DNA of 25,631 bases, from the IMG/VR virus record IMGVR_UViG_3300030708_002674, positions 1 through 25,631 of that record. One strand, written 5' to 3'. Position numbers and translations under genes: made by a program. The notes under the pieces were generated by a model. It was not told the origin of the DNA and ran no database searches. It saw only the letters and a list, made by a program, of their open reading frames with translations. This DNA comes from a virus (Duplodnaviria > Caudoviricetes). This document shows positions 23,715 to 25,631 of this stretch, in pieces (position 1 is the stretch's first letter; each line of letters starts with the position of its first letter).

Positions 23715-25151
23715 ATGACTCTAAATCCATTCTTTCTTCAAGGATCTCCGAACGAACAGTTTCTTGTTCAGGATCTCATTAATGAGCAGATACAAATATT
23801 TGGTGTAGAGGTATATTATCTACCTAGAAAAATATTCAAAACTGATGATATTATTCGTGAAATTCAATCATCAAAATTCGATGATGTTTTTATGATTGAG
23901 GCATATATCAACAATTATGATGGATATGCTCCCGATAGTGATATTATGACCAAGTTTGGTCTTAGATTGAAAAATGAAATAAGTTTGACCATATCCAGAG
24001 AAAGATATGAGGAATTTATCGCACCTTTTTTGGAAGGTATTTCTTCTGGTATCAGAGAGGGTAGAATTACCGAATATGACTTTGCAGATTTAATTACAAG
24101 ACCAAAAGAAGGTGATTTAATTTATTTTCCTCTTGGAGAAAGATTGTTTGAAATTAAAAGAGTTGAACATGAAAAACCTTTTTATCAATTAGGTACAAAT
24201 TATGTTTATGAGTTAAGTTGTGAACTATATGAATATGAAAATGAACTTATCGATACTGCAATTGAAGAAGTTGATAATACTGTAGAGGACGAAGGATATA
24301 TTACATCTCTTACACTTGTTGGAACTGCAAGAACTGCAACAGTAACGGCAGGTATATCTTCTGGTGCTGTCACTGAAGTATTCTTGAATAATGATGGTTC
24401 TGGATATCAAACAGCACCAACTATAACATTCTCGGCACCACCAGTTGGTTTTATAACGGCAACTGCAGTTGGAATTACAACTCGTGTTGCGAACGTACAA
24501 TCACTATTGAGAATAGAATTAACTAATGCCGGTTCTGGTTATGTTACACCACCAACAATCACAATAAGTGGTGGTTCAGGAACAGGAGCAGCTGCTACCT
24601 GTTCTATTGGCGGAACATTATTTAGTGTCAGTTCTCTTAGTATCACTGATCGTGGAAATGGATATGCTTCTGCACCTGTAGTTACGATTGGTTCTCCTGG
24701 AACTGGTACAACTGCAACAGCGATTGCTACAATTAATGCAAACACCGAGGTTGATTCAATCCGCATTCTCAATGCGGGTATTGGTTACACTGAAGGTGAA
24801 GCACCAACAGTTTCTGTTGCAGGTTTCTCTACGATTGGTGTTGGGACGTTTATTTACAATGAAATCGTCACTGGAGAACTTTCTGGAACTACGGCAAGAG
24901 TTAGAGACTTTAGAACTACAGTATCACCATTCCCAGGTGTTCTTCCTGTTACCAATTTAAGAGTTTCACTAAATACTGGTAAGTTTAGTGTAGGTGAAAT
25001 AATCGTCGGATCAATTTCTTCCGCTAGATATGTTGTCTCGGATTATGATACTGAAAGTTATGATAACCCATATGATGTCAACGAAGAGATTGAAACAGAA
25101 GCAGACGATATTTTAGATTTTACTGAATCAAATCCATTTGGAACTTACTAA
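23715..25151 (+). CDS. gp14: Neck protein (T4 gp14-like, head closure), 478 aa, with an internal Gly/Thr-rich insertion
   Basis: LNPFF.....EQ.LVQDLINEQIQIFG.EVYYLPR, KFGL, RPKEGDLIYFPL...LFEIK.VEHE.PFYQLG and C-terminal DILDFTESNPFG. It lies between gp13 and gp15. Confidence 0.95.
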   Translation: MTLNPFFLQGSPNEQFLVQDLINEQIQIFGVEVYYLPRKIFKTDDIIREIQSSKFDDVFMIEAYINNYDGYAPDSDIMTKFGLRLKNEISLTISRERYEEFIAPFLEGISSGIREGRITEYDFADLITRPKEGDLIYFPLGERLFEIKRVEHEKPFYQLGTNYVYELSCELYEYENELIDTAIEEVDNTVEDEGYITSLTLVGTARTATVTAGISSGAVTEVFLNNDGSGYQTAPTITFSAPPVGFITATAVGITTRVANVQSLLRIELTNAGSGYVTPPTITISGGSGTGAAATCSIGGTLFSVSSLSITDRGNGYASAPVVTIGSPGTGTTATAIATINANTEVDSIRILNAGIGYTEGEAPTVSVAGFSTIGVGTFIYNEIVTGELSGTTARVRDFRTTVSPFPGVLPVTNLRVSLNTGKFSVGEIIVGSISSARYVVSDYDTESYDNPYDVNEEIETEADDILDFTESNPFGTY

Positions 25152-25631
25152 TGTTAGGAACTTATTTTTATCACGAGATTATAAGAAAGACTATTATTTC
25201 TTTTGGAACGTTATTTAATAACATCTCAATTAGACATACTAAAAGTGATGGTAGTATTTTAGATGAAACTAAAGTTGGTCTTTCTTATGGACCAATGCAG
25301 AAGTTCTTGGCAAAGATTCAAGAACAAGAACAATTAACAAAATCAATTGCAATCACTCTTCCCAGAATGTCTTTTGAGATGAGTGGTATTCAATATGATC
25401 CCACCAGAAAGACTGGAGTAACACAGACATTTAAAGCTGTTGATAAGAACAATGGCAAAATGAAAAAAGTGTTTATGCCAGTTCCCTATAACTTGTCATT
25501 TGAATTAAATATTTTCAGTAAGTTAAATGATGATGCACTTCAAATTATAGAACAGGTATTACCATTTTTTCAACCATCATTTAATTTAACTGTAGATTTA
25601 GTAAGTTCTATTGGAGAAAAAAGAGATATCC
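25151..25631 (+). CDS. gp15: Tail sheath stabilizer / tail terminator (T4 gp15-like), 3'-truncated
   Basis: Not in the ORF track because there is no stop in the window. My translation from ATG 25151 (TAATG overlap with the gp14 stop) is MLGTYFYHEIIRKTIISFGTLFNNI...YGPMQKFLA...TLPRMSFE...YDPTRK...MPVPYN..FEL......DDALQIIEQVLPFFQP, which are classic gp15 motifs. Confidence 0.93.
   Translation, partial: MLGTYFYHEIIRKTIISFGTLFNNISIRHTKSDGSILDETKVGLSYGPMQKFLAKIQEQEQLTKSIAITLPRMSFEMSGIQYDPTRKTGVTQTFKAVDKNNGKMKKVFMPVPYNLSFELNIFSKLNDDALQIIEQVLPFFQPSFNLTVDLVSSIGEKRDI

Overview
The window is a single + strand, AT-rich, gene-dense segment of the virion-structure region of a T4-like myovirus. The protein motifs and gene order match marine cyanophages (Kyanoviridae-type, infecting Prochlorococcus/Synechococcus). 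Order: giant baseplate wedge initiator gp7 (5'-truncated, >3790 aa), late promoter, baseplate wedge gp8, a 2501-aa VrlC/DUF4815-like structural protein, a 64-aa coiled-coil protein, late promoter, a 111-aa beta-sandwich protein, a 579-aa repetitive fibre-like protein, neck gp13, neck gp14, and tail terminator gp15 (3'-truncated, absent from the ORF track). I see no RNA genes, CRISPR arrays, mobile elements, introns or inteins, and no convincing new standalone biological system. The best leads are: (i) the adaptor+fibre pair in the fibritin (wac) position with its own late promoter; (ii) a split, His-depleted YHYH-like domain in gp7; (iii) inverted repeats around both late promoters that could mask the downstream translation start; (iv) a 35-aa tandem repeat nearly identical in protein but heavily recoded in DNA; (v) an Arg-rich insert in the VrlC-like protein. 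All family assignments come from motif recognition and synteny, not database searches.
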